A stretch of DNA of 64,000 bases. It comes from Moraxellaceae bacterium. GTDB taxonomy: Bacteria > Pseudomonadota > Gammaproteobacteria > Pseudomonadales > Moraxellaceae. Positions 1 to 10,994 of the stretch are shown in pieces. The translations under genes and the position numbers were made by a program. The number at the start of each line of letters is the position of its first letter. Position 1 is the stretch's first letter. The notes beneath the pieces were generated by a model. It was not told where the DNA came from and made no database searches. It saw only the letters and a list, made by a program, of their open reading frames with translations. The stretch covers positions 42,420 through 106,419 of the forward strand of contig JAGLBJ010000001.1 in assembly GCA_018260315.1 (NCBI GenBank). Direction: 5' to 3'.

Positions 1-1274
1 ACCTGGGTCATAAAATCCATGACTACCACTACCACAATCAATAGCGAAGTCCCACCTACATGAAATGGAACATTAAAAGCTGCCTGTAAAATCATTGGTA
101 ACAAACAAATAATGGTGATATAAATGGCCCCAATAAACGTTAGGCGATTTAAAACCAAATCTAAATAACGACTGGTTTGCTCACCCGGGCGTATACCAGG
201 TACATAGGCACCACTGCGTTTTAGGTTCTCAGCTACCTCTTTCGGACTAAACACCAATGCGGTATAAAAATAGCAAAAGAAAATAATCAGTACCGCAAAC
301 AAAACCAAGTACAGGGGTTGGCCAGGAGCTAGCACTAAAGCCATATCTTGAAAAAACCGCTGCAAAACATTAGGGTTAGGGACATTACCGATCCATTGTC
401 CTAAAGTAGCCGGAAACAATAACAAGGAACTGGCAAAAATCGCAGGAATCACCCCTGCCATATTAATTTTTAACGGCAAATGACTGCTTTGCGCTGCAAA
501 CAATTTACGGCCTTGTTGTTGCTTTTGAGCGTAATGTAAGGGAACTCGGCGCTGAGCCCGCTCCATAAATACGACAGCAGCCACGACTAACAATCCCAGT
601 ACCGCCATAATGAGTAACATAACCAAACTGGTCGTACCGTTTTTAACTTGGTCAAACGCCTGAATAACCTGACTTGGCATCGTCGCCACAATCCCGGCAA
701 AAATCAGCATGGAAATACCATTTCCAACGCCACGCTCAGTAATTTGTTCACCTAACCACATTAAAAACATAGTTCCAGCCACCAGTGAGGTGACTGCCGG
801 AACATAAAACGCCAATCCCGTTGATAAGGTGATATGCTGACTGATCAATCCAGCCGACATTCCGACGGCTTGAACCAATCCCAGCAACAATGTTCCCTGA
901 CGGGTCAATTGATTAATTTTCCGCCGTCCGGTTTCCCCTTCTTTCTTTAATGCTTCTAATGAGGGAACAACGGTGGACATAAGCTGTACAATAATGGACG
1001 CCGAAATATAAGGCATAATGCCTAAAGCTAAAATCGACATACGTTCTAGGGCACCACCCGAAAACATATTAAACAAACTTAAAATGGTGTTCTTATTTTT
1101 TTCAAATAAATTGGCTAGCTGATCAGGATTAATACCTGGAACAGGAATATGCGCACCCAACCGAAAAACGATCAGGGCGCCAAATAAAAACAATAGCCGC
1201 TGCACCAACTCTCGATAACCTTCACGGGCCAAAGGATTAGCAGGTGAATGACGTCCTAAACTGGGCAGGGCCAC
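1..1274 (-). CDS. secY: Preprotein translocase subunit SecY (3' end lies beyond the window edge)
   Basis: Absent from the ORF track because no stop codon lies in the window. Minus-strand translation from GTG at 1274 (4 nt after the rplO stop) gives [57 protein letters not shown]..., a SecY N-terminus. The frame stays open to position 1. Canonical position after rplO. Confidence 0.9.
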   Translation of the reverse strand, partial: MALPSLGRHSPANPLAREGYRELVQRLLFLFGALIVFRLGAHIPVPGINPDQLANLFEKNKNTILSLFNMFSGGALERMSILALGIMPYISASIIVQLMSTVVPSLEALKKEGETGRRKINQLTRQGTLLLGLVQAVGMSAGLISQHITLSTGLAFYVPAVTSLVAGTMFLMWLGEQITERGVGNGISMLIFAGIVATMPSQVIQAFDQVKNGTTSLVMLLIMAVLGLLVVAAVVFMERAQRRVPLHYAQKQQQGRKLFAAQSSHLPLKINMAGVIPAIFASSLLLFPATLGQWIGNVPNPNVLQRFFQDMALVLAPGQPLYLVLFAVLIIFFCYFYTALVFSPKEVAENLKRSGAYVPGIRPGEQTSRYLDLVLNRLTFIGAIYITIICLLPMILQAAFNVPFHVGGTSLLIVVVVVMDFMTQ

Positions 1275-1278
1275 GTAG

Positions 1279-1719
1279 TTATTCCTCGACTTTGCCGCCG
1301 GCTGCTTCAATGGCAGCACGCGCACCTTGAGTCAATGCTACACCTTGTACCGTAAATGCACGGCTTACCGTGCCAGATAACATAATACGTGCACGAATCT
1401 TATCGTTACGTACTAGATTAGCCGCTTTTAAGGTTTCTAGGCTGATAATATCACCGTCAATTTTATTCAATTCAGATAAACGAACTTCAGCCGTTTGCAT
1501 GGCAAGTTTGCTCGTAAAACCAAATTTTGGTAAACGACGATATAATGGCATTTGACCGCCTTCAAAACCTGCACGAATACTTGAACCCGTACGGGAGGTC
1601 TGACCTTTAACGCCACGACCCGCGGTTTTACCTAAACCCGAACCAATTCCACGACCCACGCGGCGATGTTCACGTTTTGCACCTTCTGCAGGTGCCAACT
1701 CATTTAAACGCAGAGTCAT
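1279..1719 (-). CDS. rplO: 50S ribosomal protein L15
   Basis: 146 aa. [40 protein letters not shown] is the L15 signature. Sits at the spc-operon position before secY. Confidence 0.96.
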   Translation of the reverse strand: MTLRLNELAPAEGAKREHRRVGRGIGSGLGKTAGRGVKGQTSRTGSSIRAGFEGGQMPLYRRLPKFGFTSKLAMQTAEVRLSELNKIDGDIISLETLKAANLVRNDKIRARIMLSGTVSRAFTVQGVALTQGARAAIEAAGGKVEE

Positions 1720-1722
1720 GGC

Positions 1723-1899
1723 TTATTCCTCGACACTGACCATATAATAAACCTGATTAATCATACCTCGATTTGAAGGAGTGTCTTGCACTTCAACCGT
1801 ATGACCAATGCGACGTAATCCTAAACCCTGTAAACACAATTTATGGTTTTTTAACCGGTGTGCACTGGATTTTTTCTGGGTAACTTTAATCATTTTCAT
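1723..1899 (-). CDS. rpmD: 50S ribosomal protein L30
   Basis: ORF-track ORF (1723..1950) trimmed to [58 protein letters not shown], 58 aa, the normal L30 size. Start is 7 nt after the rpsE stop. Confidence 0.9.
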   Translation of the reverse strand: MKMIKVTQKKSSAHRLKNHKLCLQGLGLRRIGHTVEVQDTPSNRGMINQVYYMVSVEE

Positions 1900-1906
1900 G
1901 TTTATT

Positions 1907-2413
1907 TTATCCCCGAATTTCATCAACAGTTTTGCCGCGTTTTGCCGCAACTTTTTCTGGCGATGTCATGCTTTTTAACCCTTTAAACGTTGCATAGACA
2001 ACATTAGTGGCATTGGTTGAACCATAACATTTAGACAATACGTTTTTAACGCCTGCCACTTCTAATACTGCACGCATAGCTCCACCTGCAATGACACCCG
2101 TACCTTCAGAAGCAGGTTGCATATAAATGCGGCTGGCACCGTGGTTAGCAGTAATAGCATGTTGCAATGTAGTACCGTTTAAATCAACCGTAATCATATT
2201 GCGACGTGCAGCTTCTAACGCTTTTTGAATCGCCGCAGGAACTTCACGTGCTTTACCACGACCAAAACCCACTTTACCATTACCATCACCCACAACGGTT
2301 AATGCGGTAAATGAGAAAATACGACCACCTTTGACCACTTTAGCAACACGGTCAACGGCAACCAGCTTTTCTACAAAGCCTTCCATTTGTTGTTGCTGTT
2401 CAGGTTTTGCCAT
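1907..2413 (-). CDS. rpsE: 30S ribosomal protein S5
   Basis: 168 aa. [46 protein letters not shown] is typical S5. Operon order matches. Confidence 0.96.
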   Translation of the reverse strand: MAKPEQQQQMEGFVEKLVAVDRVAKVVKGGRIFSFTALTVVGDGNGKVGFGRGKAREVPAAIQKALEAARRNMITVDLNGTTLQHAITANHGASRIYMQPASEGTGVIAGGAMRAVLEVAGVKNVLSKCYGSTNATNVVYATFKGLKSMTSPEKVAAKRGKTVDEIRG

Positions 2414-2415
2414 GA

Positions 2416-2766
2416 TTAAAACTCCAGTCCGCCAGCACGTGCTGCATCAGCCAAAGCTTTAATGCGGCCATGATATTTAAATCCAGAACGGTCAAAGGCT
2501 ACTTTGGTAATACCAGCAGCTTTAGCACGCTCAGCAATTAACGTACCCACTTTTTGGGCTGCATCAACATTACCTGTCGAACCCGAACGTAAGGACGTAT
2601 CCAATGTAGAGGCTTGAACCAATACTTTGCTACCATCAGCAGAAATAACTTGTGCATAGATGTGACGCGGTGTGCGGTTAACACACAGACGAGTCGCACC
2701 CAATGCACGAATGTGCAAACGTGTGCTTTTGGCACGACGTAGCCGGGTTTGTTTCTTGTCGTTCAT
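2416..2766 (-). CDS. rplR: 50S ribosomal protein L18
   Basis: 116 aa. [35 protein letters not shown] is typical L18. Confidence 0.96.
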   Translation of the reverse strand: MNDKKQTRLRRAKSTRLHIRALGATRLCVNRTPRHIYAQVISADGSKVLVQASTLDTSLRSGSTGNVDAAQKVGTLIAERAKAAGITKVAFDRSGFKYHGRIKALADAARAGGLEF

Positions 2767-2780
2767 ATTGAACCTCGCGT

Positions 2781-3314
2781 TTATTTTTTCTTGGCTTCTT
2801 TACGGATAATTACTTCATCCGAATAACGGACACCTTTACCTTTATAAGGCTCTGGCGGACGATAAGAGCGAATATTAGCCGCTGCTTGTCCAAGTAACTG
2901 CTTGTCGTTAGACTTCAAAATAATTTCAGTCGGAGTCGGGGTTTCAGCAGTAACGCCTTCTGGCAATTTAAAGTCAATAGGATGTGAAAACCCTAAGGCT
3001 AAATTAACCATTTGACCTTTAGCCTGCGCTTTATATCCTACGCCAACCAATTGCAGTTTACGCTCAAACCCTTTGTCCACCCCAGTAATTAGATTATTAA
3101 TCACTGAGCGGGCTGTCCCTGCTTGCATCCATCCCGCAGGCGTTGCCTCAACGGGACTAAATAGAAGTTGGTCATTTTCCTGTTTGAGCTCGACCAGTGC
3201 ATGCAGGGTAAATTGCAGCGTACCACGACTGCCTTTTACAGATACCTGCCGACCGTTCTGAGTGACTTCTACCCCTTTAGGTAAAGTCACTGGGGCTTTT
3301 GCCACACGAGACAT
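2781..3314 (-). CDS. rplF: 50S ribosomal protein L6
   Basis: ORF-track ORF (to 3356) trimmed to [28 protein letters not shown]..., 177 aa. The 14 upstream codons are not L6-like. Confidence 0.95.
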   Translation of the reverse strand: MSRVAKAPVTLPKGVEVTQNGRQVSVKGSRGTLQFTLHALVELKQENDQLLFSPVEATPAGWMQAGTARSVINNLITGVDKGFERKLQLVGVGYKAQAKGQMVNLALGFSHPIDFKLPEGVTAETPTPTEIILKSNDKQLLGQAAANIRSYRPPEPYKGKGVRYSDEVIIRKEAKKK

Positions 3315-3340
3315 GAGGATACACCTATGAATAAAACGAT

Positions 3341-3380
3341 TAAAAAAACAAACCATGAACGCCGATTTCAGTGTTCATGG
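3341..3380 (-). terminator. Terminator/attenuator-like hairpin plus U-tract inside the spc operon, in the rpsH-rplF spacer
   Basis: Perfect 8-bp inverted repeat ccatgaac (3353..3360) / gttcatgg (3373..3380) with a 12-nt loop. On the minus-strand RNA it is followed by UUUGUUUUUUUA (reverse complement of 3341..3352). Confidence 0.35.
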
Positions 3381-3423
3381 ATTGATTGACACACCACTGA
3401 CTAATGCTCTTTAAAATCCAAGA

Positions 3424-3819
3424 TTAAGAAACAATAGCAATTACTTCTCCGCCAATCCCTGCAGCACGGGCCGCACGATCGGTCATGATTCCTTTATTGG
3501 TCGATATAATGGCAATGCCCAACCCCTGTTTTATACGAGGTAATGCGTCTTTGCCACGATATTGACGTAAACCTGGACGGCTAAACCGTTTAATCGATTC
3601 AATAACCGGTTTACCTTCAAAATATTTTAAACTTAAAGTCAGCGTTTGCTTGCCTTCATTATCCGTCACTTCAATGCCATCAATAAAACCTTCAGATTGC
3701 AATACTTGAGCAATTGATTGTTTTAACTTAGACTGAGGCATCGAAACATCAGGTTTTTTTGCCATTTGTGCATTACGTACACGAGTTAACATGTCCGCAA
3801 CGGTATCTTGCATACTCAT
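3424..3819 (-). CDS. rpsH: 30S ribosomal protein S8
   Basis: 131 aa. [22 protein letters not shown] is typical S8. Confidence 0.96.
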   Translation of the reverse strand: MSMQDTVADMLTRVRNAQMAKKPDVSMPQSKLKQSIAQVLQSEGFIDGIEVTDNEGKQTLTLSLKYFEGKPVIESIKRFSRPGLRQYRGKDALPRIKQGLGIAIISTNKGIMTDRAARAAGIGGEVIAIVS

Positions 3820-3830
3820 ACTGCGCGCTC

Positions 3831-4136
3831 CTACCAGCTAGCCTTGACCACGCCTGGCACGTCGCCTTGCATGACTTTTTCACGCAACATGTTACGCGAC
3901 AAACCAAATTTACGGAAATATCCATGTGGACGACCCGTTAAGCCACAACGGTTACGCAAACGTACAGGCGATGCATTACGCGGTAAAGCTTGTAGTTTTT
4001 CCATCGCTGCATAACGCTCTTCATCGCTTGCGCTTGAACTCGCAATGGTCGTTTTTAACAATTCACGTTTAGCCGCGTACTGCGCTACCATTTTTTCGCG
4101 CTTGAGTTCGCGATTAATCATGCTCTTTTTAGCCAT
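3831..4136 (-). CDS. rpsN: 30S ribosomal protein S14
   Basis: 101 aa. [17 protein letters not shown] ... [26 protein letters not shown] ... ASW is typical S14. Confidence 0.96.
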   Translation of the reverse strand: MAKKSMINRELKREKMVAQYAAKRELLKTTIASSSASDEERYAAMEKLQALPRNASPVRLRNRCGLTGRPHGYFRKFGLSRNMLREKVMQGDVPGVVKASW

Positions 4137-4145
4137 CTCGATCTC

Positions 4146-4682
4146 TTACTTGAAAGGGAAGCCGAATGCGCGCAGCAATGCACGGCCTTCGTCATCTGTG
4201 GTGGCAGTGGTGGTAATGGTAATATCCATACCGCGAATCCGGTCAATTTTATCGTAATCAATTTCTGGAAATACGATCTGCTCTTTAATCCCCATGGAAT
4301 AATTACCGCGACCATCAAACGATTTTGCGGAAATCCCGCGGAAATCCCGAATCCGTGGAATGGCAATCGAAATTAAACGATCCAAAAATTCATACATGCG
4401 TTCGCCACGTAATGTGACTTTACAGCCAATAGGCCAGCCTTCGCGAATTTTAAACCCTGCAATGGAAGTCCGCGCGTGCGTAATAACAGGCTTTTGACCG
4501 GCGATTAACTGCATATCAGCAACTGCACCATCAAGCAACTTTTTGTCTTGTGATGCCCCACCAACACCCATATTCAAGGTGATTTTGGTAATCCGTGGAA
4601 TCTGCATTACATTATCAACGCCCAACTCTTCTTTGAGTTTTGCCTTGAGTTCATTGTTATAACGTACTTTAAGTCTGGCCAT
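4146..4682 (-). CDS. rplE: 50S ribosomal protein L5
   Basis: 178 aa. [21 protein letters not shown] ... [11 protein letters not shown] is typical L5. Confidence 0.96.
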   Translation of the reverse strand: MARLKVRYNNELKAKLKEELGVDNVMQIPRITKITLNMGVGGASQDKKLLDGAVADMQLIAGQKPVITHARTSIAGFKIREGWPIGCKVTLRGERMYEFLDRLISIAIPRIRDFRGISAKSFDGRGNYSMGIKEQIVFPEIDYDKIDRIRGMDITITTTATTDDEGRALLRAFGFPFK

Positions 4683-4694
4683 TGCCTTTTCAAC

Positions 4695-5018
4695 CTATGA
4701 CTGTGCCACCGCCACTGGTTCACCATTTGAACGATAAACACGTGTTTTCACACCCGCTTCATCAATATGATAACCAACACGGTCAGCTTTTTGGGTTGCA
4801 GCGTTTAAAACCGCCACGTTAGAAATATGAAGCGAAGCCTCCTGAACAATGATGCCGCCTTCTGCACCCGTCGTCTGATTAGCTTTTTTATGCTTCTTAA
4901 CCAAGTTTAAGCCTTCAATTACAACTCGTTCGTTGCGCACCGAAAGCACTTTACCTTGATTACCCTTTTCTTTACCTGCGATTACAATAACTTGGTCGCC
5001 TGCTTTAATTTTTGCCAT
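4695..5018 (-). CDS. rplX: 50S ribosomal protein L24
   Basis: 107 aa. MAKIKAGDQVIVIAGKEKGNQGKVLSV carries the KOW motif of L24. Confidence 0.96.
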   Translation of the reverse strand: MAKIKAGDQVIVIAGKEKGNQGKVLSVRNERVVIEGLNLVKKHKKANQTTGAEGGIIVQEASLHISNVAVLNAATQKADRVGYHIDEAGVKTRVYRSNGEPVAVAQS

Positions 5019-5027
5019 AACTGCCTC

Positions 5028-5396
5028 TTACAATACTTCAGGGGCCAAGGAAATGATTTTCATAAATTGCTCAGTACGCAATTCACGAGTCACTGGTCCG
5101 AAGATGCGGGTGGCAATGGGGGCTTTGTTGTTGTTTAACAAAACAGCAGCATTATCATCAAAACGGATCAATGACCCATCTGGACGACGAATACCAAATT
5201 TTGTACGTACAACAACGGCGTTCATCACGTCGCCTTTTTTGACACGTCCGCGTGGAATGGCTTCCTTAACGGTTACCTTGATAATATCGCCAACTGAAGC
5301 ATAACGGCGATGCGAGCCGCCCAGTACTTTAATGCACTGAACGCGGCGAGCGCCACTATTGTCTGCTACGTCGAGCATGGTTTCAGTTTGAATCAT
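5028..5396 (-). CDS. rplN: 50S ribosomal protein L14
   Basis: 122 aa. [33 protein letters not shown] is typical L14. Confidence 0.97.
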   Translation of the reverse strand: MIQTETMLDVADNSGARRVQCIKVLGGSHRRYASVGDIIKVTVKEAIPRGRVKKGDVMNAVVVRTKFGIRRPDGSLIRFDDNAAVLLNNNKAPIATRIFGPVTRELRTEQFMKIISLAPEVL

Positions 5397-5446
5397 TGCC
5401 CTACTCCAAGACTGTGCATTAAAGCATAAACGACTAAGGGGTGAAG

Positions 5447-5475
5447 ATTTTAGCCGATTTTATGATGTAATGCAA
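5447..5475 (-). promoter_or_regulatory. Candidate sigma70 promoter of the spc operon (rpsQ-rplN spacer)
   Basis: Minus strand reads TTGCAT-17 nt (tacatcataaaatcggc)-TAAAAT. It lies about 45 nt upstream of the rplN ATG, where the spc promoter sits in E. coli. Confidence 0.5.
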
Positions 5476-5483
5476 ATAAAATC

Positions 5484-5750
5484 TTAATTCTGCCCAGCCT
5501 GTTCAATTACTTCGACTAAAGTCCACGCTTTAGTTTTAGAGATTGGACGGCACTCTTTAATGGTCACCACATCGCCCATTTTGCAGATATTGTTTTCATC
5601 ATGAGCATGCAGTTTGGTTGAGCGGCGAATCATCTTGCCATAAACTGGATGCTTAATCCGACGTTCAATTAATACTACAATGGATTTTTCCATTTTATCA
5701 CTGACCACACGGCCAGTTAAGGTACGTTGAATGGTGGTTTGTTCAGTCAT
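5484..5750 (-). CDS. rpsQ: 30S ribosomal protein S17
   Basis: 88 aa. [31 protein letters not shown] is typical S17. Confidence 0.96.
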   Translation of the reverse strand: MTEQTTIQRTLTGRVVSDKMEKSIVVLIERRIKHPVYGKMIRRSTKLHAHDENNICKMGDVVTIKECRPISKTKAWTLVEVIEQAGQN

Positions 5751-5941
5751 TATACAGTCCCCTTCTCGGTGAGTAAGGTTTTTAAGCGTGCAATCATTTT
5801 ACGCGCAGATTGAATTTCATGCGTGGTGCGCAATTGATTGGTTGCTTTAGCCATACGCAAACGGAACTGGGTTAACTGCTGCTCATCAAGCAACGTAGTC
5901 AACTCTTCAACAGATTTTTCACGCAAGTCTTTTGTATTCAT
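5750..5941 (-). CDS. rpmC: 50S ribosomal protein L29
   Basis: 63 aa. [23 protein letters not shown] is typical L29. Start overlaps the rplP stop (TAATG). Confidence 0.95.
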   Translation of the reverse strand: MNTKDLREKSVEELTTLLDEQQLTQFRLRMAKATNQLRTTHEIQSARKMIARLKTLLTEKGTV

Positions 5942-6354
5942 TACATAATCGTCCGCAACACAATCGAAGTTTTGAACGGGAGTTTAGCCGCCGCAAGCGT
6001 AAAGGCTTCACGCGCCAACTCTTCAGATACCCCTTCGATTTCGTACAAGATTTTACCAGGTTTAATTTCGCAAACCCAATACTCGACGTTCCCTTTACCG
6101 TTACCCATACGTACTTCTAACGGTTTTTCGGTAATCGGCTTATCCGGAAATACTCGAATAAATAATTTACCGCCCCGCTTAACACGACGTGAAATCGTAC
6201 GACGACATGCTTCAATCTGACGCGCAGTCATACGACCCCGTTGAATCGATTTTAAAGCAATGGTACCAAATGCGACGGTACTACCGCGATGCGCAAGGCC
6301 GGTATTGCGACCTTTTTGCATTTTACGGAATTTTGTACGTTTAGGTTGCAACAT
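5941..6354 (-). CDS. rplP: 50S ribosomal protein L16
   Basis: 137 aa. [24 protein letters not shown] is typical L16. Confidence 0.97.
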   Translation of the reverse strand: MLQPKRTKFRKMQKGRNTGLAHRGSTVAFGTIALKSIQRGRMTARQIEACRRTISRRVKRGGKLFIRVFPDKPITEKPLEVRMGNGKGNVEYWVCEIKPGKILYEIEGVSEELAREAFTLAAAKLPFKTSIVLRTIM

Positions 6355-6357
6355 GGA

Positions 6358-7170
6358 TTATTCCCCTTTGTCTGCAGCCTGACGGCCACGACCTTCACCA
6401 CGACCTTCACCACGACCTTCGCTATTGCGTGGGCGACGCGGTTGGTCATCACGACCTTCGTTACGGCCATCATTGCGACCACCACGACGTTTTGCTGGGC
6501 GCACTTCATCGGCTGGTGACGGGTTCATGACCTGTTTCATACCGCCTAAAATCTCACCACGGAAAATCCAGACTTTAATGCCAATGGTTCCGTAAGTGGT
6601 TTCAGCCCGTACAGATGCATAATCGATATCAGCCCGTAAAGTATGTAACGGTACACGACCTTCACGATACCATTCAGTCCGCGCAATTTCTGCACCGCCC
6701 AAACGACCTGACACTTCAACCTTAATGCCTTTGGCACCTGCACGCATGGTATTTTGCACGGCACGTTTCATCGCACGACGAAACATCACGCGTTTTTCCA
6801 ATTGTGATGCAATGCTTTCAGCCACTAAACGTGCATCTAAATCAGGACGATCAATTTCATGAATGTTGACTTGCGTCGGTACACCCATCATTTTGGTTAA
6901 ATCTTTCGCCAACGCTTCAATATCTGCACCCTTGTTACCGATAACGATACCAGGACGAGCAGTCGATAACGTAATCTTAACCGCACCCGCTGGGCGTTCA
7001 ATTAAGATATGGCTTAACATAGCCGCTTTTAGTTTTTTATATAAAAACGTACGCGCTTCCAAATCTTTAAGCAAATAAATGGGATACTGCTTAGGGCTAG
7101 CATACCAGTTTGCATTATGACGTTTGGTGACACCTAGACGGATGCCAATCGGATGAACTTTTTGACCCAT
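6358..7170 (-). CDS. rpsC: 30S ribosomal protein S3 with an Arg/Gly/Glu-rich C-terminal extension
   Basis: 270 aa. [24 protein letters not shown] is typical S3. The tail is ...[44 protein letters not shown]. Confidence 0.96.
   Translation of the reverse strand: MGQKVHPIGIRLGVTKRHNANWYASPKQYPIYLLKDLEARTFLYKKLKAAMLSHILIERPAGAVKITLSTARPGIVIGNKGADIEALAKDLTKMMGVPTQVNIHEIDRPDLDARLVAESIASQLEKRVMFRRAMKRAVQNTMRAGAKGIKVEVSGRLGGAEIARTEWYREGRVPLHTLRADIDYASVRAETTYGTIGIKVWIFRGEILGGMKQVMNPSPADEVRPAKRRGGRNDGRNEGRDDQPRRPRNSEGRGEGRGEGRGRQAADKGE
6386..6420. repeat. 12-bp tandem repeat (ccacgaccttca, about 2.9 copies) encoding the GRGE repeats of the S3 tail
   Basis: Read directly: ccacgaccttca ccacgaccttca ccacgaccttc. 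In frame (12 = 4 codons). Confidence 0.9.
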
Positions 7171-7171
7171 A

Positions 7172-7501
7172 TCAGACCCCTACCTTCACGGTGATGTGGC
7201 ACGTACGTTTACTAATGCGATCGGCACGGCCTTTAGCGCGTGGTGAAATCCGCTTTAACGTGATGCCCTCATCCACATAAATGGTTGATACGCGCAAGTC
7301 GTCTACATCCAAGCTATTATTATGTTCAGCATTGGCAATAGCCGATTCCAAACATTTTTTAACCAATACCGCAGCTTTACGATTGCTAAATGATAAAATA
7401 TCAAGAGCACGTCCAACCGGCTTGCCACGCACAAGGTCTGCAACCAAGCGCGCTTTCTGGGCCGATATGGCAGCGCCGCACAATTTGGCAGTAACTTCCA
7501 T
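7172..7501 (-). CDS. rplV: 50S ribosomal protein L22
   Basis: ORF-track ORF (to 7567) trimmed to [27 protein letters not shown]..., 109 aa, the normal L22 size. The longer ORF would overlap rpsS. Confidence 0.94.
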   Translation of the reverse strand: MEVTAKLCGAAISAQKARLVADLVRGKPVGRALDILSFSNRKAAVLVKKCLESAIANAEHNNSLDVDDLRVSTIYVDEGITLKRISPRAKGRADRISKRTCHITVKVGV

Positions 7502-7511
7502 TTTGGGCACC

Positions 7512-7787
7512 TTACCGTTTGGATTTCTTGTCAACGCCATGACCACGATAGGTCCGCGTTGGCGCAAATTCGCCTAATTTGTGACCGACCATATGCTCAG
7601 TAATAATCACTGGCACATGGTTACGACCGTTATGTACAGAAATGGTATAACCAACCATATCCGGAAGAATCATTGAACGACGCGACCAGGTTTTGATTGG
7701 CTTGCGTGAGTTGCTGGCTTTGGCGGCTTCGATCTTGGCGTACAAGTGCGCATCGACGAAGGGGCCTTTTTTCAATGAACGAGGCAT
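7512..7787 (-). CDS. rpsS: 30S ribosomal protein S19
   Basis: 91 aa. [22 protein letters not shown] is typical S19. Confidence 0.97.
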   Translation of the reverse strand: MPRSLKKGPFVDAHLYAKIEAAKASNSRKPIKTWSRRSMILPDMVGYTISVHNGRNHVPVIITEHMVGHKLGEFAPTRTYRGHGVDKKSKR

Positions 7788-7798
7788 GTTCTAAGTCC

Positions 7799-8623
7799 TT
7801 ACTTGACGCGGCGATCGCGAATAATCATTTTAGTGGTCCGTTTGTTACTGCGAGTTTTAAAGCCTTTGGCTTTTTGACCCCACGGGCTCACCGGTTGAAT
7901 ACCTTTATTACGGCCCTCACCCCCACCATGCGGATGGTCTACAGGGTTCATCGCCATGCCACGAACGGTTGGACGAATACCACGCCAACGACTGGCCCCT
8001 GCTTTACCTAATGAACGCAGATTATTCTCGCTGTTTGATACTTCACCCAACACAGCTCGACATTCAATATGAATTTTACGCATTTCACCTGAACGCAAAC
8101 GTACAATCGCATAACTGCCATCACGGCCTAGTAACTGCACTGAAGTTCCAGCAGAACGCGCTAATTGTGCACCTTTCCCGATTTTTAATTCAACACAATG
8201 CATGGTCGAACCTAATGGCATATTGCGTAACGGCAAGCAGTTCCCCGTACGAATAGGCGCATCATCACCTGACTGTACAACATCACCGACATTTAACCCT
8301 TTAGGGGCAATCATATAGCGACGTTCGCCGTCAGCATACTTTAATAACGCAATATGTGAAGTACGATTAGGATCATATTCAATCCGTTCAACCGTTGCAG
8401 GAATACCGTCTTTAGTGCGTTTGAAATCAACAATACGATATAACTGTTTATGACCACCCCCGACGTGACGAGTCGTGATATGACCATTATTATTACGACC
8501 ACCAGTTTTCTTTTTACTTTCTACCAACGGTGCAAATGGACGACCTTTGAACAGATGTGGATGAACCACTTTCTCTACAAAGCGCCGCCCGGGCGATGTG
8601 GGTTTAGCTTTTACGATTGGCAT
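7799..8623 (-). CDS. rplB: 50S ribosomal protein L2
   Basis: 274 aa. [20 protein letters not shown] ... [15 protein letters not shown] is typical L2. Confidence 0.97.
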   Translation of the reverse strand: MPIVKAKPTSPGRRFVEKVVHPHLFKGRPFAPLVESKKKTGGRNNNGHITTRHVGGGHKQLYRIVDFKRTKDGIPATVERIEYDPNRTSHIALLKYADGERRYMIAPKGLNVGDVVQSGDDAPIRTGNCLPLRNMPLGSTMHCVELKIGKGAQLARSAGTSVQLLGRDGSYAIVRLRSGEMRKIHIECRAVLGEVSNSENNLRSLGKAGASRWRGIRPTVRGMAMNPVDHPHGGGEGRNKGIQPVSPWGQKAKGFKTRSNKRTTKMIIRDRRVK

Positions 8624-8634
8624 AATATGCGTCC

Positions 8635-8958
8635 TTATTCCGTAACCGTTTGCACGGCATCAGGCGTGGTGTCTGCAACCGGTACAGCCTGCCCCGCCTT
8701 AAGCGTGACATAAGCTTTTTTGGTATCAGAACGACGACCAATGGTTTGACCAAAGCGCTTTGCTTTGCCTTTAATGCTTACGGTATTGACGGCTTGAACT
8801 TCAACCCCAAACAGTTTTTCGACTGCTCGCTTGATTTCAAGTTTTGTGGCCGTTGGTGTTACTCGAAATACCTGTACACCCTGTGAATCTGCTAAGCGTT
8901 GAGCTTTTTCAGAAAAAACAGGCCCTAACAGGATCTGATACAAACGTTCGTTATTCAT
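8635..8958 (-). CDS. rplW: 50S ribosomal protein L23
   Basis: 107 aa. [45 protein letters not shown] is typical L23. ATGA overlap with the rplD stop. Confidence 0.95.
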   Translation of the reverse strand: MNNERLYQILLGPVFSEKAQRLADSQGVQVFRVTPTATKLEIKRAVEKLFGVEVQAVNTVSIKGKAKRFGQTIGRRSDTKKAYVTLKAGQAVPVADTTPDAVQTVTE

Positions 8959-9557
8959 CCCAGTTCTACCTCCAGCTTTTTAGCTGCATCGACTGACATG
9001 ATGACTTTGTCAAAAGACACCAAACTAACGGGATCAACCGCAGCAGAGTCCATAACATCTACATGTGGCAAGTTACGTGCTGCTAAATACAGGTTTTCAT
9101 CGACTGCTTCAATCACAATCAAGGCACGTGTTGCGTTCAAAGCCGTTAATTTACCCAATAGTTCTTTTGTACGGGGCGCAGAAACACTTAACTCTTCAAC
9201 CAATACCAACCGGTCTTGACGAACCAATTCTGCCAAGATGCACTGCATGGCACCGCGATACATCTTACGGTTTACTTTTTGTGACCAATCCTGAGGACGG
9301 GCTGCAAATGTTTTACCGCCGCCACGCCAGATAGGGCTACGAATTGAACCCGCACGCGCACGGCCCGTACCTTTTTGACGAAATGGCTTTTTACCACCGC
9401 CCGACACTTCACCACGCGTTTTTTGCGCTTTACTGCCTTGCCGTCCTGCAGACAAATAGGCTACAACGACTTGATGCACCAAGGCTTCGTTGAACTCTCT
9501 GCCGAAGGCAACATCGGACAGCTCAACCGCTGCACCAGAAAAAGTCTTCAGATTCAC
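8955..9557 (-). CDS. rplD: 50S ribosomal protein L4
   Basis: ORF-track ORF (to 9608) trimmed to GTG at 9557, giving (M)[30 protein letters not shown]..., 200 aa. GAGGGG Shine-Dalgarno upstream. Start is 1 nt after the rplC stop. Confidence 0.94.
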   Translation of the reverse strand: MNLKTFSGAAVELSDVAFGREFNEALVHQVVVAYLSAGRQGSKAQKTRGEVSGGGKKPFRQKGTGRARAGSIRSPIWRGGGKTFAARPQDWSQKVNRKMYRGAMQCILAELVRQDRLVLVEELSVSAPRTKELLGKLTALNATRALIVIEAVDENLYLAARNLPHVDVMDSAAVDPVSLVSFDKVIMSVDAAKKLEVELG

Positions 9558-9558
9558 G

Positions 9559-10206
9559 TTATTCCCCTCGGGCCTTAATGGATGGACGCACGATAACATC
9601 ACCCCCAATCGCGCCGGGTACTGCGCCTTTTACGACCAAAACATGACGTTCGGCATCAATAGACACGATTTCTAAACCTTGCACAGTCACACGCTCATCG
9701 CCCATGTGACCAGCCATTTTTTTACCTTTAAAAACACGACCCGGCGTTTGGTTTTGCCCCGTCGAACCATGCACACGATGCGATACCGAGTTACCATGTG
9801 TCGCATCTTGGGTCCGGAAATGCCAGCGTTTTACACCACCCTGAAAACCCTTACCCTTGCTTTGACCGGTAACGTCAACCACTTGGCCGACTTTAAACAC
9901 GTCTACATCAATGCTGCCGCCGACTGCGCGATTGGCCAATTCCGCTTCAGTTGCGCGAAACTCCCAGACTCCACGTCCAGCCGCTACGCCCGCTTTTGCA
10001 AAGTGTCCTTTCATGCCAGCCGTTACCCGGCCTTCACGACGTTCGCCCGTTGTAATTTGAACCGCATGGTAACCGTCTGTTTCCAGCGTTTTAATCTGTG
10101 TAATGCGATTGGGATCAACTTCGATCACCGTCACAGGCACAGACACACCAGCATCATTAAAGACCCGTGTCATACCGCACTTGCGACCCACTAGACCTAT
10201 AGTCAT
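9559..10206 (-). CDS. rplC: 50S ribosomal protein L3
   Basis: 215 aa. [30 protein letters not shown] is typical L3. Confidence 0.97.
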   Translation of the reverse strand: MTIGLVGRKCGMTRVFNDAGVSVPVTVIEVDPNRITQIKTLETDGYHAVQITTGERREGRVTAGMKGHFAKAGVAAGRGVWEFRATEAELANRAVGGSIDVDVFKVGQVVDVTGQSKGKGFQGGVKRWHFRTQDATHGNSVSHRVHGSTGQNQTPGRVFKGKKMAGHMGDERVTVQGLEIVSIDAERHVLVVKGAVPGAIGGDVIVRPSIKARGE

Positions 10207-10267
10207 TGTGTTTAAACCTCTTATTAAGCCTCATGCTGTGCAATGTTGTTGCAACAGATACCGGCCG

Positions 10268-10579
10268 TTAGCCTAAAGCAATCTGTACATCTACACCGGC
10301 TGCTAAATCCAGCTTCATCAGTGCATCAACAGTCTTGTCTGTTGGCTGAACAATATCAACCAAACGCTTGTGGGTGCGGATTTCATATTGATCTCGCGCG
10401 TCTTTGTTCACATGCGGTGACGTTAAAACGTTAAAGCGTTCGATGCGCGTAGGCATCGGAATTGGGCCGCACACTTGTGCACCAGTACGCTTGGCGGTTT
10501 CAACAATCTCTTGAGCCGACTGGTCAATCAGACGATGATCAAACGACTTCAAGCGGATGCGGATTCTCTGGTTAGCCAT
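10268..10579 (-). CDS. rpsJ: 30S ribosomal protein S10
   Basis: ORF trimmed to [34 protein letters not shown]..., 103 aa. GGGAG Shine-Dalgarno upstream. First gene of the S10 operon. Confidence 0.95.
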   Translation of the reverse strand: MANQRIRIRLKSFDHRLIDQSAQEIVETAKRTGAQVCGPIPMPTRIERFNVLTSPHVNKDARDQYEIRTHKRLVDIVQPTDKTVDALMKLDLAAGVDVQIALG

Positions 10580-10994
10580 TGCCACCATCTCCCAGCCAAA
10601 ATAAAAACTTGTCCTTGACCACTAACATATAAAATGCGTAGCAAAGACGGTAAATTCACCAAGGTCAGGATCGATGCCCCGACTGTATGCAAACTCTGCT
10701 TAAAATCAGACTTCGCTTTAAAAGGTGACGTATTGTACTTAAGGCATGTTTAAATAACAAGCCCTTTTAACGATAAATTTAAGAGAAATGATGTTAAAAA
10801 ATGCTAAACAAGGAATATTCTCGTGATTTTATGCACAATAGGCGGCTTTTAAAAAAATAATACTCAAAAATGCCGCGCCTTAATGAATAAGGATCCAATA
10901 GTTTAGCTACTTTTTATTCTTAGGTGATATCCTCCTAGGACAGTACGTTAGGATTAACGTATTATCCTATTAAATCAATCCGTACATAATTTGA

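Noticed and set aside
2781-3356. N-terminally extended ORF-track versions of rplF (and likewise rpmD 1723..1950, rplV 7172..7567, rplD 8955..9608, rpsJ 10268..10588, gltB 46822..51411, amidotransferase 10995..11825)
   Set aside because: The extensions do not match the conserved N-termini of these families, would overlap upstream genes, and lack Shine-Dalgarno support. The starts were trimmed as described in the feature list.
6252-6519. 85-aa minus-strand and 76-aa plus-strand ORFs rich in VVK and TTF repeats
   Set aside because: They are alternative-frame or antisense readings of the 12-bp tandem repeat in the S3 tail and the rplP start region. The repeat creates long stop-free frames artificially.
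9679-10194. 171-aa plus-strand ORF
   Set aside because: It lies entirely antisense to the strongly conserved rplC (L3). It has a Cys/His/Thr-rich nonsense-like composition and no Shine-Dalgarno. This is a typical shadow ORF.
10851-10890. Possible hairpin aggcggc...gccgcgcct in the rpsJ upstream region
   Set aside because: The arms are imperfect (a 2-nt bulge) and the loop is 26 nt and AT-rich. This is too weak to call a terminator for the upstream amidotransferase gene.
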